A program made the translations under genes and the position numbers. This document shows positions 26,646-39,977 of a DNA stretch of 64,000 bases, one piece after another. How positions within the stretch are numbered: position 1 is the stretch's first letter; the number at the start of each line of letters is the position of its first letter. The notes under the pieces were generated by a model that saw only the letters and a list, made by a program, of their open reading frames with translations, ran no database searches and had not been told where the DNA came from. Source of the DNA: Octopus sinensis (lineage: Eukaryota); NCBI RefSeq assembly GCF_006345805.1, contig NC_042997.1:31186001-31250000 (forward strand). Direction: 5' to 3'.

Positions 26646-27954
26646 CTTTTGATCGTTTTTTCCCGATCCCTTTTGATCGAAATTTTACATTTGTTTCCTT
26701 TTTTTTCTTCCTTTTCCTTTTCCATCTTCGAAAAGAAAAGCTCCACATTTGTAATTGCCCCCTCTGTGTCCAGCCCTGTGTGGCCAATAAAGAAAGTTAT
26801 CTGTGTGTGTTTGTGTGTAAATGTGTGCGTATTTGTGTGTGTGATTGGTTCATCTGCAAAAATAGAATTATCATAGCGCACAACACGTAAGCATGCGCGG
26901 ACTGTAGAAATAGCACTAAATCGTTCGAACAAATGTATATACATATGCATGTACACATACGCGTATATAAATGTGTGTGTGTGCGTGTGTGTATGTGTGT
27001 ATGTGTGTGTGTTTGTGTCTGTGTACGAGTAATTGAACAAACGAAAGAAATAACACAATGGATTGGAATTATATGTATCTTACAAGTTTGCCTTAGCTCA
27101 ACATTACTTAATATTTCGTGGGTTTCGAGCACGTCCATATCATCAGATGCTCGGCGAAATGCAGAGAATTCCGAAGAAATTTATAACTGTGAATGTATAT
27201 AGGCGTTCAATGGGCAGTTAAATCGGCAGGGTTATTTTAGATATCATAGCGACATCAATTCTTTTAATGACAGCGCCACGTGGGAGAGCGTTAAGTTTGG
27301 TTATAACTTAACATTTTGCAGAGTGTGATATTAATTTCAATGTCATCTATTTTTGATTTGGCGACGTAGAAGAACAGATACGATGTTGGCGTCAATTAAT
27401 CGTCATTCTGTGGAATGTGATATTGCAGCGACAACAGTTACTAATTGCAGTAGTAATCCCATCCATAATGAGTGGGTTACACACATGAGCAGAATGAGTA
27501 ATCTTTATTAATGTTGCAATCTCTGTGGGGCAGTTAGGCCTAGAATGGTATGTATATCTGTTAAGTAGTGTGTATTGACATGAAAGTTTTTCACACATGT
27601 TTAAGAGGTGAGTTTTCTCCCGGGTCTATCTCCGCAGTGGAAGGGTTTCTCACGTCCGATTGAACTTGGACAAGCTGTATGTATATGGGCTTCATAAGAA
27701 CATATCTCATTCAATGCTGCTTCGCGTAACATTATTTATAAAAATTTACTGTCGTTGTTTAAGCCCAGCTCAGCTCTAATTTTCCACCCATAATGATCTG
27801 TTTATTTCGAGTATTGCGGATTTAAGAGCACGACGTCCAAAGTAACCTTCCCTTTTCAAGAGAAAATGCAGAAATATGAGAAAGATTTAGTCGGGCGACA
27901 AAGTTCAGGCTTCCTTATTGGATTGTTAGGAAGCAAGTGCAAGTGTTTAAAGTA

Positions 27955-29204
27955 TCAGGCTGAGTAAAAAGTAGGCAACGTTTTGAAACATGAAATTCAT
28001 CACAATATATTTCAAACATGGCGGAAATTTTATTGATCAAAGTAAATACCATTACAATCAGCACATTTTTACCAACGAGTTACTACAAGCTTGTTTATTC
28101 CGGTAACGTAAAAATCTAGAGATCTGGAACTGATGAACACATTCAAAGCACCTTCAGAATCGGTTTGATTTTTGAACTCCTTCTCTCACAGGAAACCATC
28201 AAGGTACTTGAAAAACTGGTAGTCGGTAGGAGAAAGGTCTGGGGAATAAACTGGGTGAAGAAGAACATCGTAGCCAAGTTCTCTCTACTTCTGGAGTGTC
28301 ATTAGTGAAACATGTGGTCAAGCATTGTCATGAAGAATGATTGGCCTTCTGTTGATCGGTCTGGGACAGAGAAGTAGCAGTTTTTCGTTCATTTTGGCAA
28401 TTTCATGGCAATATGTTACTGTAGTAATGGTTTTTCCGGGTTTAAGAAGTTATAGTTATAGTGGATGAAGACAGCAGTGCACCACTAAACAGTGACCATA
28501 ACCTTCTGTTTGAAGAGCTCGGTTTTAGGGAAGGTTTTAGGTCCAACCACTGAGAAGAACGTTTTTTATTATTGTACAGAATCCACGTTTCGTATCAAGT
28601 TACAATGCGGTCGAGAAATGGATTCTGATTACGAAGAAGTGACGAGTGAATTTCATATCTGCGTATTTTCTGATTTTCATTCAAATCGTGTGGTGCCCGT
28701 CTGTCGAGCTTTTATGATTTTCCAATCGCATGCAAATGGTTACAGATAGTTTTGCCAGTACTCGAGTGGTTTTACGTGGATCTTTCTCAATGTCGGTCTT
28801 TAATTGACCGTCATCGACGACAGATGGGTATCCTCAACGCTCACGATCTTCAAGGCTCAGGTCTCCACTGCAAAATCGTTTAAACAATTTTCGAGCTGAC
28901 TACTCATCGGTCATTTTCTCGCCAAACGTTTCGTTGATATTGTGAGCAGTTTCAGCTGCTTTACGTCCCTTTTTTGAAGTTGAATAGCAAAATTACTCGC
29001 GTATCGCGCTTTGACTGTTCCATTTCAGATGATTGTAACAACGGTGAAAAAAATATCAAAGTAATTTATCGATGCATTTGAACAAGTCTATGTCCGTATC
29101 ATCAGACAATTTTTAAAAAATGTTTTAAAAATTTCAAAACTCTGCAAAAATCCAGTACAGACTATTCAAGGTTCAAAATGTTGCTTACCTTTTACTCAAC
29201 CTGA
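27955..29204 (-). pseudogene. Full-length (1250 bp) mariner, Hsmar1/cecropia-like, defective transposase
   Basis: TIRs TA|TCAGGCTGAGTAAAAAGTAGGCAACGTTTTGAA and TTCAAAATGTTGCTTACCTTTTACTCAACCTGA|TA; MEQSKRDTRVILLFNFKKGRKAAETAHNINETFG (ATG at 29023) and HPVYSPDLSPTDYQFFKYLDGFL; many stops. Confidence 0.92.
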
Positions 29205-29283
29205 TAGATTTTCAAACGCATAATGAAATTCAAACTCCTTAATTAACCAGTGAAGGAATTCAACTTGTTTGAATAAAGAATGG

Positions 29284-29284
<1 letters not shown>

Positions 29285-29361
<77 letters not shown>

Positions 29362-29372
29362 GCTACTACTAC

Positions 29373-29445
<73 letters not shown>
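29285..29445. repeat. (CTG)(CTA)(CTT)(ATT) stepwise trinucleotide array
   Basis: Directly visible. Confidence 0.95.
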
Positions 29446-30009
29446 GTTTGACTTTTGCTTCATATTTGTACAAGTTGGCTCCAGGTTGGAAGTTCACGTT
29501 GTTGTTATGCCTAGTGTGCCATATATTTGGTTGTTTTTTTGTGTTGTACTAGTGGATGTCTAAAAAAAAACATTATTATTATTATTATTGTTGTTGTTGT
29601 TGTGTTGTTGTTGTTATTTGATTTGATTCTGTGTTCTTACTCCTAGTAGAATTTATGCGGGCAGCCTTATATGTAACCTTATATATCCACAAACTTTCGA
29701 TAATCTAGCAAGTGCTCAAAACCCTCCTGATAATCTTTCCTGTGCCTAAGAGACAAATTTTCTGTAGAAGTAGTACAGGACATTTTATTCCAATCTACTT
29801 CATCCATTTGTCTATATCTTTACTCACAGTTCCCAAATGCACCAGTTACTGCAGGTACAATCTTTACAGTTTTCAAACACCAAATTCTCGCAGTTCCAAA
29901 TTATAAGCGAATTGCATTTTGGAATTTATTTTCTTCTTTCTTTAATATCCTGGAATCAAATGGACGTGACGAATGAATTCGTAAGCAATTTCGTTTTTCC
30001 TTCTCTATC

Positions 30010-30300
30010 CCCTTCTCTTCTTCTCCTTCTTCTTCTTCTTCTTCTTCTTCTTCTTCTTCTTCTTCTTCTTCTTCTCCTTTTCTTCTTCTCTCTTCTTCTT
30101 CTTCTTCTTCTTTTCTTCTTCTTCTTCTTCTTCTTCTTCTTCTCTTCTTCTTCTCTCTTCTTCTTCTTCTTCTTCTTCTTCTTCTCTTCTTTTCTTCTTC
30201 TTCTTTTCTTCTTCTTCTCTTCTCTTCCACATCCTCATCATCATCATCATCCTCATCATTATTATATTATTATTATATTATTATTATTATTATTAATTAT
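30010..30300. repeat. (CTT)n polypyrimidine tract plus (CAT)/(ATT)
   Basis: Directly visible. Confidence 0.95.
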
Positions 30301-30307
30301 TATTTAT

Positions 30308-31055
30308 TAAGGGACGCGAGCTGGCAGAGAATCGTTAGCATGCTGAACGAAATGTTTAGCGGTATTTCGCCCGTCACTACGTTCTGAGTTCAAATTCCGC
30401 CGAGGTCGACTTTGCCTTTCATCCTTTCGGGGTCGATAAATTAATAAGTACCAGTGAAACACTGGGGTCGATGTAGTCCCATCCCCCCAAATTTCAGGCC
30501 TTGTGCCTTCAGTAGAAAATATTATCATTATTATTATTAAAGGCGGCGAGCAGGCAGAATTGCTAGCGCGTTAAACAAAACGGTTTGCAGTATTTCACCT
30601 GGCGTTCCGATCTGAGTTCAAATTTCGCCAAGGTTTACTTTGCCTTTCATCTTTTCGCGGTCGATAAATAAAGTACCAGTGAAACAATAGGGTCGATGTA
30701 ATCGACTCATCCCCTCCTCCAAAATGGTTGCTCTTGTGGCAAAATTTGAAACCACCACAACCACCACCGCAGCCACCACCACCACCACCCACCATCACCA
30801 CCATCAAAACCACCACCGCCAATACACATATGCGAGCATTCACACATGCACAGAATCGTTAGCACGCCGGGTGAAATGCTTAGCGGCATTTGGTCTGCCC
30901 TTACGTTCTGAGTTCAAATTCCGCCGAGGTCTAATTTGCTTTTCATTCTTTCGGGGTCGATAAATTAACTACCAGTGAAACACTGGGGTCGATGTAATTG
31001 AATAGACCCCTTCTTCAAAATTTTAGACCTTGTGCCTTTAGTAGAAAATATTATT
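30308..31055 (+). mobile_element. Train of three SINE A copies
   Basis: Family A motifs at ~30308, ~30540 and ~30850, separated by (ATT)n or ACC-rich linkers. Confidence 0.87.
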
Positions 31056-31072
31056 ATTATCATTATTATTAT

Positions 31073-31630
31073 TGAGTGAGAGAGCAGTGCATGCCATCAA
31101 AGTGACACTGGGGTAAAATATACGAAGCCCAGTATACCCATCATGACTACCCGTCTGATAAGGGTACACCAAGCACATGCATCACAACCATATGTGCGCG
31201 ACATGGTGATCTCATATCAAGATAAACAGCACATGACCTTGCAGGTGGGGCCCAGTTAGAATTTTCTTCAGGTTGAGTAGCCCATCCCGCTCAAAAGGTC
31301 CCTGAATAAGGGTTGTTTAAGGATGTTGAAAGAACCACCCATGTTTCAGAGGGTGAATTATTCAAACCCCAAAGAATCCCTCTCAAACACATGGCTATGA
31401 TGCTCCCCCACTACTTCTGCTCGTGATCAGAGATGCACATATCGTCAGCCACTAAGGGACATGTCAACTGGTTACGGTCAAACAACTGACAAGCAAATCT
31501 GTGGTATTGAGCAGAATATTTGCTGTAGCCCATCTTTTATACCAAGACCAAAACAATGTACATGATAACACTTCCAATCAGTTAAGATCAGAAGCATGAG
31601 AGCCACTGCCTGGTACTGCATCAGGGCATT
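31073..31630 (-). mobile_element. Repeat family E, long copy
   Basis: High similarity to 8222-8572 and 13375-13550. Confidence 0.7.
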
Positions 31631-32079
31631 TATATTATTATTATTATTATTATTATTTTATTATTATTATTATTATTATATATTATTATTATTATATTAT
31701 TATTATATTGTGTTGTTGCTGCTTCTGTTGTGATGTTGTTGTTGTTGTTGATTCCTATACGAAATTTCTTAAGTTTCACTTTTTCAAGTAGTCTGAAGAA
31801 ATATGAACTTCTTATCTGACCCGACCCAAACCTTTAGGCTGCATGCGAATGCATCATCCGACTGCAATTTGCTGATGTAAGGTGTAATCAGTAGGAGAAG
31901 AAGAGGCTATCTAATCTGATAAAGTAGAGTGAGTGCAAACACCTTTCTAAAGAGTTAAAGAGAGAGTTCTCGGTTTTCAGTGTGTTGAAGGGTCACGAAG
32001 GGAACAAGGAATCGAGAACACTGCAAAAAGTAAGCACAGATTATCAGCTGTGCAATGATATATCTCAACCACTTCTGAC

Positions 32080-33375
32080 CAGCGAACACCACCACCACTA
32101 CCACCGCCGCCACCACCGCCACCACCACCACTACCACCACCACCACCACCGCCGCCACCCCACCCCACCACCACACCACCACTACCACCACCACCACCAC
32201 CGCCGCCACCACAGCCCCCACCACCACTGCCACGCCACACGCCGCAAAACCACCACCAATGCCACCACCACCACCAACATCAAAACCACCACAACAATCA
32301 AAACCACCACCACCACCAACCAACCACCACCACCACCACCACCCCCACCCCCACCACCACCACACTACCACCATCCCCACCATCAAAACCACCACAACCA
32401 TCAAAACCACCACAACCATCAAAACCACCAAACGCACCACCACCACCACCACACCAACACCAAACACCCAACACAACCCACCACACCACCACTACCACCA
32501 TCACCACATCAAAACCACCACCACCACAAACCCACACCCACCACACCACCAACCCACCCACCACCACCACCACCAACACCACCACCAACACACCACCATC
32601 ACCCCATCAAAAACACCACAACCATCAAAACCACCAACGCACCACCACCACCAAACCCCAACACCACCAAAACACAACCACCACCACCACCACTACCACC
32701 ATCACCACATCAAAACCACCACCACCATCAAAACCACCACCACCACCACCACCACCACCCCCACCACCACCAACACCCACACCACAACACCAACCTACCC
32801 ACCCCCACTACCACCATCACCACCATCAAAACCACCACCACCATCAACAACCCCCACACCACCACCACCACCACACCACCACCACCACCACCACCACCAC
32901 TACACCATCACCACCATCAAAACCACCACAACCATCAAAAACCAAACGCCACCACCACCACACACAACACCAACACCACCAACACAACCACCACCACCAC
33001 CACTACAACCATCACCACCATCAAAACCACCACCACACCATCAAAACCACCACCACCACCACACCACCACCACACCACACCACCCCCACCACCACCACCA
33101 CTACCACACCACCATCACCACATCAAAACACCACCACCATCAAAACCACCAACGCCACCACCACCACCACCAATCCCAACACCACCAACACAACCACCAC
33201 ACCACCACTACACCATCACCCCCATCAAAACCACCCCCACCATCAAAACCACCACCACCACCACCACTACCACCACCACCATCACCACCATCAAAACCAC
33301 CACAACCATCAAAACCACCAACGCCACCACCACCACTACCAATACACATATGCGCGCACTCACACATGCACAGAT
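32080..33375. repeat. 1.3-kb ACC-rich complex minisatellite with recurring CATCAAAACCACC motif
   Basis: Directly visible; its 3' end matches 30800-30853. Confidence 0.9.
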
Positions 33376-34679
33376 GAGAATTCCTCCGTCGGCTTCGACG
33401 AGGCCCATTCAGCTGTTCGATCTACAGAATGTCTGACACGTTAATTAACGTCCTGTTGGCTGAGTATTCCTGAAATACGCGTAATTTCTACGTAGTTTCC
33501 GAGCCGAATCATCTTGAGAGATTATAACAAGTCTGAAGCTTTTAATTACGGATAGAATCCATCTGACGGGCTTCCACATAGTTTCTAGCAACTCTATTTC
33601 ATTCACAAACCATGAGCTGACCCAAGATTATGGTAAAGGCACTTACCCAAAGTGCCACGCCGTGAGAATGAACCCAAGACACTCTCACTGCCATACGAAC
33701 TTTTAAACCGCTTGATTATACCTGCATAACGTACGCACACAATACATACACATACATACATACATACATACATACATACATACATACATACACACACACA
33801 TACATAAACACACATACATATTAAAATTTGTTTTCTTTTATGTCGTGTTAAAAAAAACATCAGTGCCTCTATTCATTACATTTCGTACACGTTGTACTTT
33901 TACAAGAATGGAGGTGACAGTGACTTCGAAGCATCGCCCGACTAGTCTTTGTCGGACTTCGAAACCATTGTCACCATTCACACGCGCACGCATACACATA
34001 CACACTCAACACAAACACATCATTCTATATTTCTCCCACACTTTACCAGTCTGTTTTGTCTCTCTCTCTCCCTCTCTCTCTAGGTACGTTTATGTGTGTG
34101 TGTGTGTGTGCTTGTGTGCGTGTGTGTGCTTGTGTGCGTGTGTGTGCTTGTCTCTCTCTCTCTCTCTCTCTCTCCCTATATGTATATATATACACGCACT
34201 TACGCATACACACCGAAAAACATGCACACTTGCAAACACATTTATTAACGACAATCATCATTTATTTTAATATTATTCTTAATTAACTAATAACCACCGT
34301 GTGACTCACGTACCACTTCCGAACATACGGCACAGCTTTCTCTTGTCTTCCACTCTCTGACCTGTAGTTGCTCAAGAACTGAATATATAACACACAGCCT
34401 TCTTAGTGCAGCCTCCACTAAATCTAGAAATAAAACACCCCGTCTTAATTTCAGTGCCACGCCCTGCTTAGTTTAGTTAGAGAGAAAAAGAAAGAGAGAC
34501 AGAGACAGAGGAAGAAGATAGATGGATAGTTAGATAGACAGACAAAGATAGATAGACAGATAGATAGATAGATAGATAGAGAGAGAGAGTGAGGGAGATA
34601 GAAAGGGCGTAGGAGTGAGAAGGGGATACACTGCAGTATGAATATAGAGTTGCAGATAGAAGGCACCACTCAAAAATGT

Positions 34680-34686
34680 GCGTATG

Positions 34687-34718
<32 letters not shown>

Positions 34719-35260
34719 TGTATGTATGTATGTATGTATGTATGTATGTATGCATGTATGTATGTATGTATGCATGCATGTATGTATGTATGTATGCATG
34801 TATGTAGGCATGATGTATGTATGATGTATGTATGCCTGTATGTATGTATGTATGTATGTATGTATGTATATTTGTATGTATGTATGTATGTATGTATGTA
34901 TGTATGCATGCATGTATGCATGTATGCATGTATGCATGTATGCATGTATGTATGTATGTATGTATGTATGTATGTATGTATGTATGTATGTATGTATGCA
35001 TGCATGTATGTATGTATGTATGCATGTATGTAGGCATGATGTATGTATGATGTATGTATGCCTGTATGTATGTATGTATGTATGTATGTATGTATGTATG
35101 TATATTTGTATGTATGTATGTATGTATGTATGCATGTATGCATGTATGCATGAATGCATGTATGTATGTATGTATGTATGTATGTATGTATGCATGTATG
35201 CATGTATGCATGAATGCATGTATGTATGTATGTATGTATGTATGTATGCATGTATGTATG
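34680..35260. repeat. (TATG)n with higher-order ~230-bp duplication
   Basis: The interruption GTAGGCATGATGTATGTATGATG...GCCTG...TATATTTG occurs twice. Confidence 0.92.
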
Positions 35261-35574
35261 GAATTTGATGTTAGAGAGGAGTGAGAGCTGTAGCAAACAT
35301 CGCAAGGCATTTTTTACTTTACACACACTCTGAAACATTTGTCTATTCACTGTCCATCGCTATTGTTTTTGTAGCCATTCTTGCTATTATTTGCTGTTTT
35401 GCCCCAGCTCAACCTGATCGAATAGATCTTGGATTAAAGATGGGCTATCCATGATTATCCCATAATTTTTGCTTTTACAAGTCAGGCTTAAGATTACAAT
35501 AACTTTCAAATTTTGGCATAAGCCAAGCAATTTGATGGCGTGGGGACAAAGTCAATTACAACGACTCTAGTTGC

Positions 35575-35912
35575 TGGAACTCCCTTCGGTCATGACTGGC
35601 CATGGGATTGCACCTAGAAAGTTACCCTCCTAGACACAAGTCCGGGCAAGGTTGTTTATGGAAGACCAGCAGTCGCCCATGCATACCGGCCTCCCCTCTC
35701 CACGCCACCAGTGTTATCCAAGGGAAAGGCAAAGGTCGATACAGCTTGGCACCTGTGACGTCGCAACTAATTTCTACAGCTGAGTGAACTGGAGCAACGT
35801 GATATAAAGTGTTTTGCTCAAGAACACAACACACAGCCCGGTCCGGGATTCGAGCTCACAACCTCACGATCGTAAGCTCGACGCTCTAACCACTGAGCCA
35901 TGCGTCTTCACA
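35575..35912 (-). mobile_element. SINE family D (tRNA head) with distinct 3' module
   Basis: Head GACGCATGGCTCAGTGGTTAGAGCG...GTTGTGAGCTCGAATCCCGG, then TTGTGTTCTTGAGCAAAACAC...GTTGCTCCAGTTCACTCAGCTG shared with 37258, 41338 and 51857. Confidence 0.8.
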
Positions 35913-36024
35913 ACGACCCCCCCCCCCAGTACTTACTGATATTTTGATTTATTGATCCCGAAGTTTGAAAGGCGAAGTTGACCATTGCAAAACTTGAAAT
36001 GACAACGTAACGAGTCGGAAGAAA

Positions 36025-36625
36025 TACCTATTTCTTTATTACCCACAAGGGGCTAAACACAGACGGGACAAAGAAGGACAGACATAGGTATTAAGTCGAT
36101 TACATCGACCCCACTGCGTAACTGGTACTTAATTTATCGACCCCGAAAGGATGAAAGGCAAAATCGACCTCGGCGGAATTTGAACTCACAACGTAACGCA
36201 GACGAAATACCTATTTCTTTATTACCCACAAGGGGCTAAACACAGAGGGAACAAACAAGGACAGACATAGGTATTAAGTCGATTACATCGACCCCACTGC
36301 GTAACTGGTACTTAATTTATCGACCCCGAAAGGATGAAAGGCAAAGTCGACCTCGGCGGAATTTGAACTCACAACGTAACGCAGACGAAATACCTATTTC
36401 TTTATTGCCCACAAGGGGCTAAACACAGAGGGGACAAACAAGAACAGACATAGGTATTAAGTCGATTACATCGACCCCACTGCGTAACTGGTACTTAATT
36501 TATCGACCCCGAAAGGATGAAAGGCAAAGTCGACCTTGGTGGAATTTGAACTCACAACGTAACGCAGACGAAATACCGCTAAGCATTTCGCCCGGCGTGC
36601 TAACGTTTCTGCCAGCTCGCCGCCG
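36025..36625 (-). mobile_element. SINE A trimer: one head plus three ~183-bp bodies
   Basis: Three near-identical units joined at GAAATAGGTATTTCGTC; only the rightmost unit has the tRNA head. Confidence 0.92.
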
Positions 36626-37117
36626 GAAGAAATACCGTTAGGCATTTTGTTCGACCCTTCAACGACGAGCCAGCTCATCGCCTTATTTAGGACTCTATTA
36701 GAATCGCAAAGTTGTATATTTTGTATCCGCAAAACATACACAACTTCAAGATTCATCGGAAAAACTGTGGTGAATTTGAAACCGGAGAAAATAAAAACAT
36801 TACATCGTGAGAGAGCCATTACAATTTGAATTTAAACTAATACTGCTTCACTCGCGAATAATTTTTATTCAACTTACTACATGCGACATCAGTGATCTTT
36901 AATCCCTCTTTTACGATATCGGCTCGAGGATAGTGGCCGATTTTCGCTTAGCATGCAGTGGATACTTCCTAGCAATGTCACTGCCAGTGTTGGATGAATT
37001 ATGTCGGCTGTTGATTTATCTTTGTGTTTTTTAACAGATATCTTCTCGAGAAGACGTTCAACAGTATATCTGCTTTAAGTGTTATACGAACTAATACACT
37101 TTCGTCGCTAATAAGAA

Positions 37118-37149
<32 letters not shown>

Positions 37150-37257
37150 GTGTGTGTGTATGTATGTATGTATGTATGTATGTATGTATGCATGTATGTA
37201 TGCATGTATGTATGTATGTATGTATGTATGTATGTATGTATGTATGTATCTGTGTGA

Positions 37258-37460
37258 GGACGCATGGCCTAGTGGTTAGGGTGTTGCACTCACGATCACG
37301 AGATCGTGGTTTCAATTCCGGGAGCGAGTGGTGCGTTGTGTTCTTGAGCAAATCATTTCATCTCACGTTGTTCTACGATCACTTCGACACCTGACGCGTG
37401 GAATACCGTGCACCTGTTCAGGTAATATCGATTAGATGGAAGGTGTGTGCTGACGTACGA
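37258..37460 (+). mobile_element. SINE family D variant
   Basis: tRNA head GCATGGCCTAGTGGTTAGGG...GGTTTCAATTCC, TTGTGTTCTTGAGCAA; 3' part resembles the minus-strand copies near 45800-46000 and 46900-47160. Confidence 0.72.
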
Positions 37461-37531
37461 CACATGTATGTATGTATGTATGTATGTATGTATGTATGTA
37501 TGTATGTATGTATGTATGTATGTATCTAGCA

Positions 37532-37601
<70 letters not shown>

Positions 37602-38999
37602 TTACACACATATACACGCACACATTCACAAGATTATTTATTGTATGTGATAGAATAAATGTTATATCTTAATGATTTATAAACATCTAATAATTATCAA
37701 AGTGAAAAAAAATATCAGAAAAGCCATCCTATCCATTTTCCAAGCATAAAATACTGTACCAACGACTTTCTATTTCTAATTCTAGTATATATACATACAT
37801 ACATGCTTATATATATATATATATATACACACACACATACACATGTATATATATATGTGTGTGTGTGCGCGCGCGATGTGCGTGGTTGTATGTGTATACA
37901 TATACATACATATATATATATATATGCATATATGTATATCTATCTATCTATATGTTTTGTTGAAGGGATATTATATGTGATAGATTTATATAATGCATTA
38001 AAACATTCTATCACGTTTTAATGTTATATATCATACTATTGCGTCTATATAACGTTTGAGGTGTATTTGGTCTTCTATAGCTTGTGTGCATGTTTATGTG
38101 TGTATGTACTTCGATATATGTATTTTGATATATATGAGATTGTGTGTGACGGATTCAATTAACGATACTTCATTTTTATTCATTATACACGTATGTATTA
38201 TATTGTGTTATAGATTTCTATATTTCGTTAAAGATTTGTTACGTTACAGGTTATATTTCACTATATACATAAAAATATTGAAATAAATTAATTTCTGAAA
38301 TTAAATCAAAAAAGCGTTATCTAACCAACATACATTCGTAATTAACCTTTCTCGCGTTTGTTTTCTTTCGAACAATAAACTCAGAAATAGAGATAATATA
38401 CAAATACATACTAAAGAAGCTGTCTGCCCTTAATTGTGTATCTATTAGTCACCGCCTCCCTTATTACTCCTCCTCAAGTTTATTGCTTTATCTTGCTTGT
38501 TATCCTTTATTTGGCCTCTGAGATAAATTAAGATAATAAGATAAGTCAAGGAAAATGAGAGTTAAGAAGGAAAAAGACGAGATGAAGTTAGCACGTAATG
38601 ACTAAATTAATAGAGGCTTTCTTCACTGTTTTTTTTTTTTTAAGGGGTGAAACCTTTTTTAAAGGAAGACTGCTGCTTATTCTTAATGTATTTTGGTAAA
38701 TGCAACATCTTGTGGGAGATGAAAGAACGAAAGGGAAAAAGGGAGAAAGGATAAGATAAAATGGAAGTGAAGAAAAGAGAATAAGATTGTAGGAGAAGGA
38801 AGAAAAAAAAGATGTGAGGTATGGGCAGTTGAAAGAAAGAAAAGAAGGCGGATTGAGAGAGAGAATAGAGAGAGTGAAGAAAAGAGAAATTGAGAAAGAA
38901 AGAGACAGAGAGGTTGAGTGAATAAATGAATGAGAAAAGTATACAATAAAGACGCGAAAGAACGGGGAATGACAAAGAAATGTAAATAAAGAAAACAAT

Positions 39000-39565
39000 A
39001 TGGAGTGGCTGTGTGGTAAGTAGCTTTCTAACAAACCACATGGTTCTGGGTTCAGTCCCACTGCGTGGCATCTTGGGCAAGTGTCTTCTGCTATAACCCC
39101 GGGCCGACCAATGCATTGTGAGTGGATTTGGTAGACGGAAACTGAAAGAAGCCTGTCGTATATATGTGGAACAAGCTGCCAGACGAGATGGTGAAGATGC
39201 CGACGACCGCTTTGTTCAAAGCCTCCCTGGACCTCAAGTGGCCTGAACTCTTTACATGAACACCACCCTGTACTTAACTCCATGTCCCCCTACATGGCCT
39301 TGCTATTTGCTTTTGAGCCAAATTAACTAACTAACATATGTATACATATATATATATGTGTATGTGTGTGTGTTTGTCCCCCAAGCATTGCTTGACAAGC
39401 GATGCTGGTGTGTTTACGTCCCCGTCACTTAGCGGTTCGGCAAAAGAGACCGATAGAATAAGTACTGGGCTTCACAAAGAATAAGTCCCGGGGTCGATTT
39501 GCTCGACTAAAGGCGGTGCTCCAGCATGGCCACAGTCAAATGACTGAAACAAGTAAAAGAGTATA
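39000..39565 (+). mobile_element. SINE B with nested CR1 fragment
   Basis: Head GGAGTGGCTGTGTGGTAAGTAGC; body interrupted at 39168-39335. Confidence 0.85.
39168..39335 (+). mobile_element. Extreme 3' end of a CR1/L2-type LINE with (TAAC)n tail
   Basis: WNKLPDEMVKMPTTALFKASLDLKWPELFT* matches the WN-LP...FK-LD ORF2 terminus; tail TTAACTAACTAAC. Confidence 0.8.
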
Positions 39566-39591
39566 ACTGGAGAATGAAAGCGAGAATATTA

Positions 39592-39977
39592 TTGTTGGAA
39601 GCACTCCGTCGGTTACGACGATGAGGGTTCCGGTTGATCCGAATCAACGGAACAGCATGCTCGTGAAATTAACGTGTAAGTGGCTGAACACTCCACAGAC
39701 ACGTGTACCCTCAACGTAGTTCTCGGGGATATTCAGCGTGACACAGAGAGTGACAAGGCCGGCCCTTTGAAATACAGGTACAACAGAAACAGGAAGTAAG
39801 AGTGAGAGAAAGTTGTGGTGAAAGAGTACAGTAGGGATCACCACCATCCCCTGTCGGAGCCTCGTGGAGCTTTAGGTGTTTTCGCTCAATAAACACTCAC
39901 AACGCCCGGTCTGGGAATCGAAACCGCGATCCTATGACCGCGAGTCCGCTGCCCTAACCACTGGGCCATTGCGCCTC
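39592..39977 (-). mobile_element. SINE family C, full length, 11-bp TSD
   Basis: CGAGAATATTA at 39581-39591 and 39978-39988. Confidence 0.92.

Noticed and set aside
26755-26775. CTCF-like motif (CACAGAGGGGGCAAT on the minus strand)
   Set aside because: It is a single short match expected by chance, with no corroborating evidence.
27955-29204. Possible domesticated SETMAR-like gene
   Set aside because: It has many stops, intact TIRs/TSD and no SET domain, so it is a dead transposon.
31982-33436. 484-aa His/Pro/Thr-rich ORF resembling a mucin or extensin
   Set aside because: It lies almost entirely in an ACC minisatellite that is open in several frames; there is no signal peptide, clear splice context or domain.
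36021-36625. Regular direct repeats suggestive of a CRISPR-like array
   Set aside because: The units are ~183-bp SINE bodies with no unique spacers and no cas genes; the context is eukaryotic.
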